A DNA stretch of 64,000 nt, taken from the NCBI GenBank assembly GCA_963707815.1, contig CAVPRK010000024.1, forward strand, positions 57,457 through 121,456, written 5' to 3'. The DNA is from an uncultured beta proteobacterium. GTDB lineage: Bacteria > Pseudomonadota > Gammaproteobacteria > Burkholderiales > Casimicrobiaceae. Every line of letters starts with the position of its first letter. Within the stretch, counting starts at the first letter, position 1. The notes beneath the pieces are model-generated. The model worked only from the letters and a program-made list of their open reading frames with translations, was not told where the DNA came from and ran no database searches. Shown here in pieces: positions 31,728 to 43,358 of this stretch. The position numbers were made by a program, and so were the translations under genes.

Positions 31728-33131
31728 TTATGGAGCGGTGCCGACGAGCGGCGCCGGATACCTGTCGAAGCTTCCGCCCAGCGCGAGATGAAGATTGACG
31801 CGCTGCACGAGGCGCTCCGCCTGCACGCGCACCAGCGAGACTTGCGCGGAGTACAAGACGAGCTGCTGCTGCTGCACGCCGCGCAGGTCGCCCGACCCGA
31901 CGCGAAATCGAACGTTCGCAAGCTCGAGGCCGCGCGCGTTCTCGCGCACGGCGGTTGCAAGGAGCGTCTCCCGATCCGCGAGGGCGAAGCCGTTGGAGAG
32001 CGCGTCCTCGACTTCGGTGAATGCGCGCAAGCCGGTGCGCGCGTACTCGGCGACCGCCTGCTTCTGCTCCGCGGTGCGCATCTCGACCTGCGCCTGCAGC
32101 TGGCCGCCGAGGAAGATCGGCTGCAGAAGGCTGGCGCCGAGGCTCACCAAGGGATTGTCCGTGCTCTTCAGCACGAAGAGCTCGCTGCTGATCGACGTCA
32201 AGCTTCCGGTGAGCGTGATGTGCGGCAAGCGCGCGGCCTTCGCTTCCTCGGTGCGATAGAACGCGCCGGCGACGCGGCGCTCCGCGGCAACGACGTCCGG
32301 ACGGCGCTCGAGGAGCTCCGCCGGCAGTCCGACGGGAACGTCGCCCGGCCACCTCGCGAGCCGCGCAGGCGCTTCGATGGCGGCCGCGGGATAGCGTCCG
32401 ACCAGCACTTCGAGCGAGCGCACCGCCTGCGCGTAGGCAGCATCGAGGCTGCGCTCCGTGTCGCGCAGCGTCGCCACGCTGGCCCGCGCGATCGCCACGT
32501 CGAACTCGTCGCCGCGCCCCACGCGCAGGCGATCGTCGGCGAGCGACGACGAGCTGCTCGGACGACACGCGTATCGCGGTCGCCTGTGCGCGCTGCATCC
32601 GCGCCTCGGTGGCAAGGAACCATCCCTTGGCCACCAGTGCGGCGATCGACTGGCGCGCGTACTCGGCGTCGAGTTGCGTCGCCACGTATTGCTGCTCGGC
32701 GAAGGCCTGTGCCGGCCGCGCACGCGTCCCCAGAGGTCGAGCTCCCAGTTGGCGAAGAAGCCGATGCCGGACAGTCCGCTGCTGTCGCGACATCTTGCCG
32801 CCGCCGCGGCCCAGCAGGTTCACTTGCGGATAGAGCAGGGAGCCGGAGGATTTGAGATACGCGGCTGCCTGCTCGACGCGCGCTTCCGCGATCCGCAGGT
32901 CGGCGTTGTACGCGACCGCCTCGCGCACGAGGGCATCGAGCTGCGGCGTCCTGAAAGTCCACGAGCCACGGCTCGCGCGACGCTGCCGTCGAGATGCCGC
33001 CCCGCCGTGTAGCTCGCGGGGATCGACACGTTCGGCAACGCGTCCTTGCGCAGCGCCTCGCGGTCGGGCGGCGGCGCGAGCGCGCACCCGGCGAGGATGC
33101 CAATCAGGAACGCGAGCAGTAGAACGCGCAT
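31728..33131 (-). CDS. Outer-membrane efflux channel, NodT family (frameshifted)
   Basis: Lipobox LAGC, PAELLERRPDVVAAE, ends LHLALGGSF. Confidence 0.85.
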
Positions 33132-33132
33132 C

Positions 33133-34359
33133 TTAGTGCAGCTTGAGCACCAGGTAGTTCATGTACGAGCCGACGCGCAGGATCACCTTGCGCAGGATGT
33201 GCAGGAACTGCGCCGGACTGCGTGTAGATCGCCGCGTCGCCCGACGCGCCGGCCGCAAGGAAGAGCGCCTTGTCGCGTTCCTCGATGTCGAACTTGACCG
33301 CGAACTGACCGGGCGGCTGAATTGGCGAGCGTCGACATCGGAATGGTGCCGCTCGGTTGCACTGGCCCCTGGCCGATCGCCCAGATGATCGAGTCGACCT
33401 TGCCTTTGACGATACGCCCGGGATAGGTCTGCAGCGCGAACTCAGCCTCGTCGCCGGCTTGCACTTTGGTGAGCTCGTTCTGGCTGAAGAACGCGATGAC
33501 CTGGCCGTCGGCTTCGACGAGGGACATCACGGGGTTGAGCGGCAATCCCGCGACGAATGCGCCCGGACGAAGCTGCAGGTTGATGACGTAGCAGTCGCAT
33601 GGCGAGACCGTCGTGGTCTGATCGAGCAGCCACTTCGCGTTGTCGAGCTGGGCGCGGATCTGAGCGACCTGCGCGTAGGTTCCATCCACCTTGGTGCCGA
33701 GCTTCTGCTTGACCTGGCCGCACCGACGCCAATGCCTGCGCCTCGCTCGCTTGCGCCGCGGCCTGCTGGCTGCGCGCGGATTCGCGCTGTCCGACGAGCT
33801 CGGCGAGGTTGGCCTCCGCCTGCTCGAGGTCGAAGCGCGTGCCGGCGCCCGATTTCGCGAGCTCGCGGTTCTGCTCGACGCGCATGCGGGCCAGAGAGAG
33901 CTTTGCGTCGACCTCGGCGATACGCGCGCCGGCCTGGGCGATCGTGGCGCGCGCTTCCATCACCTTGGCGTTGGCTCCGGTCAGCGACTCCTCGGTCTCA
34001 CGCTGCCCGCCTTGCGCGAGCGCGAGCTGTGCTTCCAGATTCGCCACGTCGAGCTGGTACGGCGTCGGGTCGATCTTGAACAGCACGTCGCCCTTGTGCA
34101 CGAGGCGGTTGCCTTCTTCAACGGGAACTTCGAGCACGCGTCCCCTGCACCTGCGACACGATCGGGATCATGTACTTGAACACGCGCAGCTTCGCCGACG
34201 ACGGCGCCACCACGTTCAACGTGAGGATCATCACCGTCAGCGCCACGATGGGGATGGTGACGACGATGACCTGCGACGTGATGTTCCACGGCAGCCACTT
34301 GAACTTGATGAAGATCAGCCAGACGAAGAACGAGTAGATGCCGAGCAGCAGGATTCCAT
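33133..34359 (-). CDS. HlyD-family secretion protein, YiaV/YibH-like (frameshifted)
   Basis: N-terminal TMs (LLLGIYSFFVWLIFIKFKWLPWN), VHKGDVLFKIDPTPYQ, coiled coil, VINLQLRPG, GRIVKGKVDSI. Confidence 0.8.
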
Positions 34360-34890
34360 TACGCCGCCCCTGCGCCTGCCTTTCGCGGCGCGCAGCGCGT
34401 CGAGGTCGGCACGAAGCGTCTGGAGCTCTCGGCGGCAGCTGGCCCCGCGACGCCATTTCATCCAGCTCGTCTCGCAGGTGGTCGATCTCCTCGCCGAGCA
34501 GGTTGCCCTCCTTCGCCTTAGCCCGCGCATCTCGGTGAAGTAGTCCTCGTGCTTGTCGGTGCCGTAGGCCATGCGATAGCGCGACGGGACGCGAGTACGC
34601 CCATATCCATGCGAGCGGCCACAGCAGGCCGCCGAAGAACGAGGGAAAGCAGGCACAGCGTATTGATCGCGTCCTTCTGCGGGTGATGCCGTTTCTCGGC
34701 GATCTTTTCCGGCAGGATGTGGATGAGCCAGAAGACGACGATCACCACCGACCGGCACGACGAAGAGGACGAGGATGGCGACCCAGTCGGCGGCCGTGTC
34801 GAGCGCGTCACCGGAGAGGAAGGCGGCGTTCGCGATGCTCGGCGCGAGAAGCGCGAGGATCGCGGCGAGAATACGGGGCCGGACGGGCAT
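34359..34890 (-). CDS. DUF3302 (YiaW/YibI-like) membrane protein (frameshifted)
   Basis: FWLIHILPEKIAEKRHHPQKDAINTLCLLSL. TAATG overlap with the HlyD gene. Confidence 0.78.
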
Positions 34891-34964
34891 GCGGGCAAGC
34901 TCCGACGGACGAAACAATGTCGGAGTTTAGCGCGACGCGTCTTTCGCGTCCTGCGCAGTTGCGA

Positions 34965-35981
34965 TTACGCGAGCTTCTGCGCGGCGACCACGAGGGCCGC
35001 GAGGAACAACGCTTCGGCAGCAAGGAGCGCGATCGCGCGCCCGCCGACCTTCTTCATCTCGAGCGGCGACGTCTTGAGCCCGACCGCAGCGATGGCCACG
35101 ACCAGGCACGCACGCGCCACGTCGTTCATTGCGAAAGCAACCGTGGTGGGAATGAGTCCCGCGCTGCCGGCGGCGACCAGCAACATGAATACGATCAGAA
35201 AGGGCGGAAACAGCGGATCGCCGCGTCCTGCGCCCTCGGTGCCGAAACGATGACGCACGACGAGCGTGAGGACCAGCACGACCGGCAGCAGCATGGCGAC
35301 ACGCAGCATCTTGGTCAGCACCGCCGCGTCGCCCGCTTCGTGCGAGACGCTGTAGCCCGCGCCGACGACCTGCGCGACGTCGTGGATCGTGCCGCCGATG
35401 AACACCCCGGTCGCGTGCGCGTCGAGGCCCAGCCAGGCGGCGGCGGGCGGGTACAGGATCATGGCGATCGTCGAGAACGCCGTGACGCCTGCCACCGTGA
35501 AGACGAGCTCGCGCTCGGAGTTCTCGTTGCGCGGCAGCACCGTCGCGATGGCGATCGCCGCGGACGCGCCGCAGATCGCGGTCGCGCCGCCGGTGAGCAC
35601 GCCGAAGCGGCGAGACTGGCCAAAGACGCGCGCTGCGATCATGCCGAAGACAATGGTCGCAACGACGGCCGCGACGATGACGAGGCCGTTCGTCCAGCCG
35701 ATCGCCGCGAGCTGGTCGACGGTGATGCGCGCGCCCAGCAGCGCCACGCCGAAGCGCAGCACGCGACGCGCGGCAAAGTCCACGCCGGCTTTGGCGGCGC
35801 TCTCCATCGCGATCGAGTTGAGCGCCATGCCGATCAGCAACGCATACAGAAGTGTCGGGCCGCCGCGGTTCTCGGCGACGAACGCCGCCGCGATCGCAAT
35901 CACCGCGGCCAGCAGCAGGCCCTGCCACGAACGCTTTGCTTCGTCGCGCAACGCACCCGCGCGAAGCGCCACCGTGTTCAT
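34965..35981 (-). CDS. YeiH / putative sulfate exporter (PSE) family transporter
   Basis: LRFGVALLGARIT, GGATAICGASAAIA, GGTIHDVAQVVGAG, TKMLRVAML. Confidence 0.88.
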   Translation of the reverse strand: MNTVALRAGALRDEAKRSWQGLLLAAVIAIAAAFVAENRGGPTLLYALLIGMALNSIAMESAAKAGVDFAARRVLRFGVALLGARITVDQLAAIGWTNGLVIVAAVVATIVFGMIAARVFGQSRRFGVLTGGATAICGASAAIAIATVLPRNENSERELVFTVAGVTAFSTIAMILYPPAAAWLGLDAHATGVFIGGTIHDVAQVVGAGYSVSHEAGDAAVLTKMLRVAMLLPVVLVLTLVVRHRFGTEGAGRGDPLFPPFLIVFMLLVAAGSAGLIPTTVAFAMNDVARACLVVAIAAVGLKTSPLEMKKVGGRAIALLAAEALFLAALVVAAQKLA

Positions 35982-36538
35982 TGCGACAGCTCGCGGATGA
36001 ATTCCTCCGCGCGCGGCCACGGGCCGTAGCCTGCCGCCGGATTGAGATGGCCGACGGCGCCGACGTTCGACGAGCGTGCTGCCCCAGTACATCGCGAGCG
36101 ACGCGACGCGCGTCGAGATCGGCGAGCGGATCGTTGGTGCTCGCGGCCACGATGCTCGGGAAGGGCAGACGCCTGCGCGGCGTCGGAAGCCAGCCATTGT
36201 CGAGCAGAACGTCCTGTGTCGGATAGCCCTCCGGCAACGGCCGCTCGAAATCGGGCGGCGCCGCGAGCAGCGCGCCCTTGATCGGGCGCGTGTGCCGCAG
36301 CGCCCAATGCACGGTGATCATGACGCCCGCGCTGTGCGACGACGAGCACGACCGGTCCGTCGATCGTTGCGAGCGTGCGGTCGAGCGCCGTCGACCCACG
36401 CCGGCGCAGCGAGAGCTTGTCGCGCTCCATGCGCGGCACGGAGCGCGCGTTGGGAAGCCTGGCCTCGAGCAGCGTCTGCCAGTGCTCCGCGACGTGGTCG
36501 CGCAGCCCGGGCACGATCAGGATCGTGGGCGCGGTCAC
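35978..36538 (-). CDS. Alpha/beta hydrolase, RBBP9/YdeN family (frameshifted)
   Basis: LIVPGLRDHVAEHWQT, nucleophile motif HSAG, LPFPSIVAASTNDP, GHLNPAAGYGPW. Confidence 0.85.
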   Translation of the reverse strand: MTAPTILIVPGLRDHVAEHWQTLLEARLPNARSVPRMERDKLSLRRRGSTALDRTLATIDGPVVLVVAQRGRHDHRALGAAAHAPDQGRAARGAARFRAAVAGGLSDTGRSARQWLASDAAQASALPEHRGREHQRSARRSRRASRRSRCTGAARSSNVGAVGHLNPAAGYGPWPRAEEFIRELSQ

Positions 36539-38204
36539 TTCGCTTGCGGCCGACGAGCTGCGCGCGGATCACCTTCTTGTCGAGCTTGCCGACGCTGGTC
36601 TTCGGAATCGCGTCGACGAAGTGCACGCGGTCGGGCACCGCGTACTTCGAGATCGCGCCGCGCTCGGCGAAGTCCTGCGACGTGGCGGCGGATCGCGTCC
36701 TCCGTCGCGCTCGGCTGTCGGCCTTGCGCACGACGAACGCAACCGGACGCTCGCCCCACTTGTCGTCGGGCACGCCGACGACCGCCACCTCGGCGACGCC
36801 CGGCATGCGCAGGATGAGGTCTTCGATGTCGAGCGACGAGACCCATTCGCCGCCGGTCTTCACGACGTCCTTGATGCGGTCGACGATCTTGAGATAGCCC
36901 TCGGCGTCGATCGACGCCGACGTCGCCCGTGTGCAGCCAGCCGCCGTGCCACAGCTCCTCGGAGCGCTCGGGCTCGTGCAGGTAGCCCTGCGTGAGCCAC
37001 GGCGCGCGCACGACGACCTCGCCTTGCGACACGCCGTCGTGCGGCGACGTCGTTCATGTCGGCGTCGACGATGCGCAGCTGCACGAACGGGATCGGGCGT
37101 CCGGCGCGGACGAGATACGGGAGCTTGCGCTCCGCGTCCCAATCGCATCATGTGCGGGCGCAGGTGCGCGAGCGTGAGGATCGGGCACGTCTCCGACATG
37201 CCGTAGCCGGCGATCACGTCGATGCCGCGCTCGACCGCCTTGCGCGCGAGCGTGCAGCGGCAGCGCCGAGCCGCCGATGATCACTTTCCAGCCCTGCGAG
37301 CTGGCCGTCGCGCAGCGCGCGGACTGCCCAGCATCATCGACAGGATCGTCGGCACGCAATGCGAGAACGTGACGCCTTCGCGCGCGATGAGGCCGAGCAG
37401 CACGTCCGGCACGTAGCGGCCCGGGTAGACCTGCTTCACGCCGAGCATCGTCGCGACGATAGGGAAGGCCCCACGCGTGGACGTGGAACATCGGCGTGAC
37501 CGGCATGTACACGTCGCGCGCGGTGAACGTCGCGTGCGGCGCGTTGCCGAGCGCCTGCGCGACGGCCAGCGTGTGCAGCACGAGCTGGCGGTGGCTGTAG
37601 TAGACGCCCTTCGGCAGGCCGGTGGTGCCGGTCGTGTAGAACGTCGTGGCGCGCGTGTCCTCGGGAAGGTCGGGGAACGCGTACGACGCGACGGCGCGCG
37701 GCGAGCATCGCCTCGTACTCGGCGTCGAACGCGACGCTCGACGGCGGCGCGTCCGGCTGCGTCGTCGATCAGCACGAGCTTGCACGCCGGGCCGGATCTT
37801 GTCGCGGATCGCCTCGAGGATCGGCAGGAACTCCGCGTTGACCAGGATCACGTCGTCCTGCGGCGTGATTGATCGTGTACAGGATCTGCTCGGGCGAGAT
37901 GCGCACGTTGACCGTGTGCAGCACGGCGCCCATCATCGGGACCGCGAAGAAGCACTCGAGGTAGCGGTGGCTGTCCCAGTCCATCACGCCGACGGTCGAG
38001 CCCGGCTTGACGCCGAGCGCCGGCGAGCGCCGGAGGCGAGGCGGCCGACGCGCTCGGCGAGCGTCGTGTAGGTGTAGCGCGACCTGGTCGGCGTAGACGA
38101 TCTCCTGCGCGGGCGACTGCGCGACGCCGCGCGCGAGGATGTGGCGGATGAGTCAGCGGCGCGTCGTGCGCAGCGGCGGTTCGGTGGATGGCCAGGGCGT
38201 TCAT
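36535..38204 (-). CDS. Fatty acid-CoA ligase, AlkK-like (frameshifted)
   Basis: FYTTGTTGLPKGVYYSHRQLVLH, PMFHVHAWG, GYGMSETCP, GWLHTGD, DRIKDVVKTGGEWVSS, PKTSVGKLDKK. Confidence 0.9.
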
Positions 38205-38269
38205 GAAGTAGCCTCGTTCAGGAAGAATTCGCCGACGAAGCGCACATTGCGCGACTTCGTGCGAAGTAG

Positions 38270-40780
38270 TCACGAGCGTGCTCGCGCTCGCGCGATCGCA
38301 TGGACGGGCGGCGCCGATGCGTGCGTCCTCGCGCACGACGCTCGGTCGGCAGCAGGAAGTGCGACAGCGCCGGGATGAGGACCAGCGCGCCGATCATGTT
38401 CCACAGGAACATGAACGTGAGCAGGATGCCCATGTCGGCCTGGAACTTGATGGGCGAGAACGCCCAGGTGATCGACGCCGGCGGCGAGCGTGACGCCGAC
38501 GAGCGCGACGACCTTGCCGGTGAACTGCACGGCGCTCTTGTACGCCTTCGTCGAGCGGAACGCCGCGTGCGCTGCTGCGCGAGCTGCACCGACAGCAGGT
38601 ACAGCGCGTAGTCGACGCCGATGCCGACACCGAGCGCGATCACCGGCAGCGTGGCGACCTTGACGCCCATGCCGAGCGCCACCATCAGCGCCTCGCAGAG
38701 GATCGACGTGATCGCGAGCGGCACGACGGCGACGACACCGCGCGCCAGCTGCGGAACGTCGACGAAGCAGAGCACGATCACGGCGGCGTAGACGTAGAGC
38801 GAGCATCGTGCGGTTGGCCGTCGCGCACGACGATGTTGGTGGCGGCCTCGATGCCGGCGGTGCCGGCGGCGAGCAGGAACGTGCGGTCCTTGTCGTCGTG
38901 CTGCGCGGCGAACGCCTGCGACGGCGGCGACCACGCGATCGAGCGTCTCCGCCTTGTGATCGGACAGGTACGCGATCACCGGCATCACCGAGCAGTCGAG
39001 GTTGAAGAGGTCGGGGTTGTTGACCGACGTCTGCTGGCCCGCGAAGTTGAGCACGTCCTGGTTGCGGTTGATGCGTCAGCCACTTGGGGCTGCCTTCGAA
39101 CGAGCCCGCGGTGATCTGGCGCACGGAGTCGGCGAGCGAGACGGTCGTCTGCACGCCCGGCACCTGCCGCAGCGCCCAGCCGAGGCGGTCGGCTTCGACC
39201 AGCGTCTCGTACTTGAGGCAGCCGTCGCGCTCGGTCTTCACGATGACCGCGAACTGGTCCGATGACAGCGCGTAGTGGCTCGTGACGTACGCGGTGTCGC
39301 GGTTGTAGCGCGAGTCGGCGCGAAGCTCGGGCGCGCCCGGATCGAGGTCGCCGATCTGCGAGCTTCGTGCTCACCGCGAAGCCGCCGACGGCGAGCACGG
39401 CCGACGACGACGATCGGCGCCGTCGCGTAGCGGCCGCGTCGTGAAGCGGTCGAGGAGAAGCCACAGCTTGCCGAGCCCTCGGCCGCGCGTTTCCTCGCGC
39501 TCTTCGGCGAGGCTGCGCTTGCGCCGCCGTTGCGCTCACGCCGGCGTACGACAGGAGCACCGGCAGCAGCAGCAGGTTGGTGAAGATGAGCACGGCGACG
39601 CCGATGCTCGCGGTGATCGCGAGCTCGCGGATGACCGGGATGTCGATCACCATCAGCACCGCGAAGCCGACGGCGTCGGCGAGCAGCGCGGTGAGGCCGG
39701 CGAGGAACAGGCGGCGGAACGTGTAGCGCGCGGCGACGAGCTTGTGCGTGCCGCGGCCGATGTCCTGCATGATGCCGTTCATCTTCTGCGCGCCGTGCGA
39801 CACGCCGATGGCGAACACGAGGAACGGCACGAGGATCGAGTACGGGATCGAGCTCGAAGCCGAGGAGCGCGACGAGGCCGAGTTGCCAGACGACCGCGAC
39901 GAGCGAGCAGGCGATGACGAGCGCGGTGCTGCGCACGCAGCGCGTGTAGGCGATAGATGATCGCGGTGGCGATCGCGCGGCGACGCCGAAGAACAGCATG
40001 ACCTTGACGAGGCCGTCGATCAGCTCGCCGATGAGCTTGGCGAAGCCGATCGACGTGCACGCGGACTTGGGCGGCGCCTTGCCGCGGCCGCGTCGACGCT
40101 GGCGAGCTCGTACTTCGCGCGGATCTTGTCCTCCAGGACGCGCGACAGGCCGTGATAGTCGATGCGCTTGCCGGTGCCGCGGCTCCTTGTCGAGGAGCGG
40201 CACGAAGATCATCGACGAGCGGCGGTCGTCGGCGACGAGGCTGCCCGAGGATGCCGGCGCGCGCGACGTTCTGCTTCAGCTGCTCGACGCTCTGCGGCCG
40301 AGCCGTCGAAGCTCGGCGGCATCACCGGGCCGCCGCGGAAGCCTTCCTCGGTGACTTCGGTCCAGCGCACCGCCGGCATCCACAGCGACTTCACCCACGC
40401 GCGGTCGACGCCGGGCGTGACCACGAGCTCGTCGTTGATCTGCTTCAGCGCCTCGAGGTACGCGGGATCGAAGATGTCGCCGTCCGTGTTCTCGACCACG
40501 ATGCGCAGCGCGTTGCCGAGGCCGCGCAGGTCCTTCTGGTAGGTGAGGTAGTTCTTGATGTACGGCTGGCTCTGCGGAATCATCTTCTCGAAGCTCGCGT
40601 TCAGCGTGAGCTTCGTGCGGCGAAGAACCCGAGCACGACGGTGAGGATCGCGCAGACCGCGAGCACGACGCTGCGGTGGTTGAACACGAGGCGCTCGAGC
40701 GCGTTGCCGGAATTGCGGTCGAATTCCGCGAGCGTCGCGGACCACGGGCATCTGCTCGATGGTCGTCGATGGGCGGTCAT
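38270..40780 (-). CDS. MMPL/RND family transporter (heavily frameshifted; 3' end approximate)
   Basis: LERLVFNHR, LNASFEKMIP, PFLVFAIGVSHGAQKMNG, TLPVIALGVGIGVDYALY, FSPIKFQADMGILL. Confidence 0.85.
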
Positions 40781-40803
40781 GGCGGTCTTTCGGAGTGGGT
40801 GCA

Positions 40804-41877
40804 TCAGCGCGCAATCGGCGCGACGCGCGACACGCCGCGGGCGCCCGCGAGCGCGAGCGGCCGTCGCCTGCGTCGGCGATGCCGGTGACCATCATGGTCG
40901 CCGGGAGGCGCAACGGCTTCGAACGTGCGCGCCGCCGTCGCGCGATACGGCTCACGCGCCCGCTCACGTCGGCGAGCGCGAAGCCGCCATCGGCAAGCCG
41001 AGTGCCGGCGACGATGGTCGCCGGCAGCCGCGCGTCGACCTTGCGTCCACGTCCTGCCCGCGTCGTCGCTGCGGAACGCGTTGCCGCGCAGGCCGAACAC
41101 GAGCACGACGCTCGCGTCGCCGGCGACGCCGAGCAGCGTGCCCTGGTACGGCAGCTCGACGGCGCGGAAGCGCTGCGCCGACGCGTCGAGCTTCAGCACG
41201 AGGCCCGCCTTCGCCGGCGATGAACAGTCCGCCCGCGGCGGGGCGGATCGCATACAGGTTGAGGAACTTCGGGTTGTCGGTGCGGTCGAACCACGGCTTC
41301 CACGTGCTTGCCGCCGTCGTCGCGTGCGGAAGATGAGGTTGTACGCACCGACCGCGTAGCCCGCGTTCTCGTCGGCGAACCACACGTCGAGGAACGGCTT
41401 GTCGGCGCCCTGCGCGACGTTGCGCTTCGCTTCCGCGAGCAGCGCCTTGGTCGCTTCGGTCCGGGCTTGCGCGCGAGGTCGTCGACGATCGCCTGGTTGG
41501 CGCGCATGCCGTCGAGCTGCAGCGTCCACGTGCGCGCCGCCATCGTTCGCTCGCGAGGATCACGCCGTCGTGGCCGACGGCCCAGCCCTTGCGCTCGTCG
41601 ACGAAGAACACCGCGGTGAGGTCGGAGCTCACCGGCACCGACGATTGCTGCCACGTCTTGCCGCCGTCGTCCGACACGAGCGATGTGGCCGCGCTGGCCG
41701 ACCGCGACGAGCGCGATCGCCGGCGCGGGCCACCGCCTGCAGCGAGCGATTTGCTCGCGAGCGGCGACATCGGCGCCGGCAGCGTCGAGCACGTCGGCGA
41801 AGCCGCGCTGCGCGCCGCCGACGCTCGCGGCGATCGCGCAGCGCGAGGCAGGCGGCGAGGATCGTTACGCGGTTCAT
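40804..41877 (-). CDS. YCF48/BNR-repeat beta-propeller protein (frameshifted)
   Basis: Asp-box repeats SDDGGKTW and SDDAGRTW, GWAVGHDGVIL, KPFLDVWF, GLRGNAF. Confidence 0.82.
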
Positions 41878-41947
41878 GGCGTTACCTCGTGGAATCGAAA
41901 AGTACCCCGCAGCGAACCAGCTGCACGGGGGCGAAGAGAGACTTCGT

Positions 41948-41970
41948 GGCGGCGGGTCCAGCCCGCCGCC
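41948..41970 (-). terminator. GC-rich stem-loop just after the DUF1329 stop
   Basis: GGCGGCGGG-tccag-CCCGCCGCC. No clean U-tract follows, so it may be a partial terminator or an mRNA-stabilising hairpin. Confidence 0.4.
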
Positions 41971-41979
41971 TGTTGTCGG

Positions 41980-43347
41980 TTAGCGGATGCCGGCGCCGGC
42001 GAGCGACTCGGACGCCCATTGCAGCTCGGGCAGCGGGTCGATGTAGCGCATGCCGTCCGACATGCCGGCCGCCGCCGACCAGCGAGTACGACGCCCGACG
42101 CGAAGTCGTAGAACACGTAGTTGTCGACGTTGACCGCGTTGACGTCGTAGCTGTACGTCATGTTGAGCGAGCGTCGCGCGATAGAGCTGGCCCTTGCCGT
42201 CGTACTGGTCGGCGGCGAGCGCGACCCAGCTGTCCTCGTCGAGGTAGAACACGCGCTTGCTGTAGAGGTCGCGCTGGCCCGGCTTGAGCGTCGCTTCCAC
42301 GACCCACACGCGATGCAGCTCCCAGCGCATGAAGTCGGGGTTGACGTGGTTCGGCGTGAGCGCCGGCTTGATGTCCTTCGCGTACATGAGCTTGTAGCCG
42401 TTGTACGGGACGTACATCTCCTTCTTGCCGACGAGCTTCCAGTCGAAGCGGTCCATCGCGCCGTTGAACACGAACGTGTCCGAGTACGTCGAGGTGCCGC
42501 CGCTGCCCGCGTTCGGCGTGTCGTACGCGAGGTCCGGCGCGAGCTTCACGCGGCGCTGGCCCGGCAGGTACTGCCAGGCGCGGCGCGGCTGCGCGATCGG
42601 GTTGACCGAGTCGACGAGCATCAGCGCTTCGCCGGCGCGGCGCGCGGGTCCCGTGTAGGCGACCTTCAGCTTCCAGTACGGCGTCGGTCTCCTTGGCCGG
42701 CGTGTCGGCGCGCTTCGCGTCGTACAGCGGGAACTCGTTGATGAGGCTGCCCGCGGTGACGAGCGACGGCACGCCCGCGGCGTCGACGTTGCAGGTCTCG
42801 TACTTGAGGCTGTACGCGACGCCGGTGTAGCGCACGAGGTGGTTCCACATCGCTTCGGCGCCGGTCTTCGGAATCGGGAACGGAACGCCGGGCAGCATGC
42901 CTTCCGACGCCGAGGCCGCCGTTCACGCTCTTGGTGCCGACCGCGTTCTTCGCGGTGTTCGCGAGCACCTTGGCCGGGAACGCGACCACGCGCTGCGTCG
43001 GATACACGTCGAGGCGCATCGTCGGGATAGCGCTTGAGCAGTTCCTTCGTGCCCTCGGTCAGCTTGTCGCGCGTACTGCGCGGCGTTCTTGCCGTCGATG
43101 ACGAGGCGCGGCTTCTCGCTCTCGAACGGCGACGGCCGGATGCCGCTGCCCTTCTTGAACGACGCCGGGACGTCCTTCAGCCCGCCCGTGTACTCGGGGA
43201 TCGTGCCGTCCTTGTTGGCGGCCTTTTCGGCGCCGACGGCGGTGAGCGTGGTGCCGAGTTGCTTCGCTTCGTCGGCGGAGACCGCGGCGAAGCGCGGGCG
43301 TCGCGAGCGATGCGAACGGCGAGCGCGATGAGAGTCTTGCGGAACAT
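41980..43347 (-). CDS. DUF1329 family periplasmic protein (frameshifted)
   Basis: LGTTLTAVGAEKAANKDGTIPEYTGG, PFPIPKTGAEAMWNH, AWQYLPGQRRVKLAP, RWELHRVWVVEATLKPG, FYLDEDSW. Confidence 0.88.
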
Positions 43348-43358
43348 GATCGTCCTCC

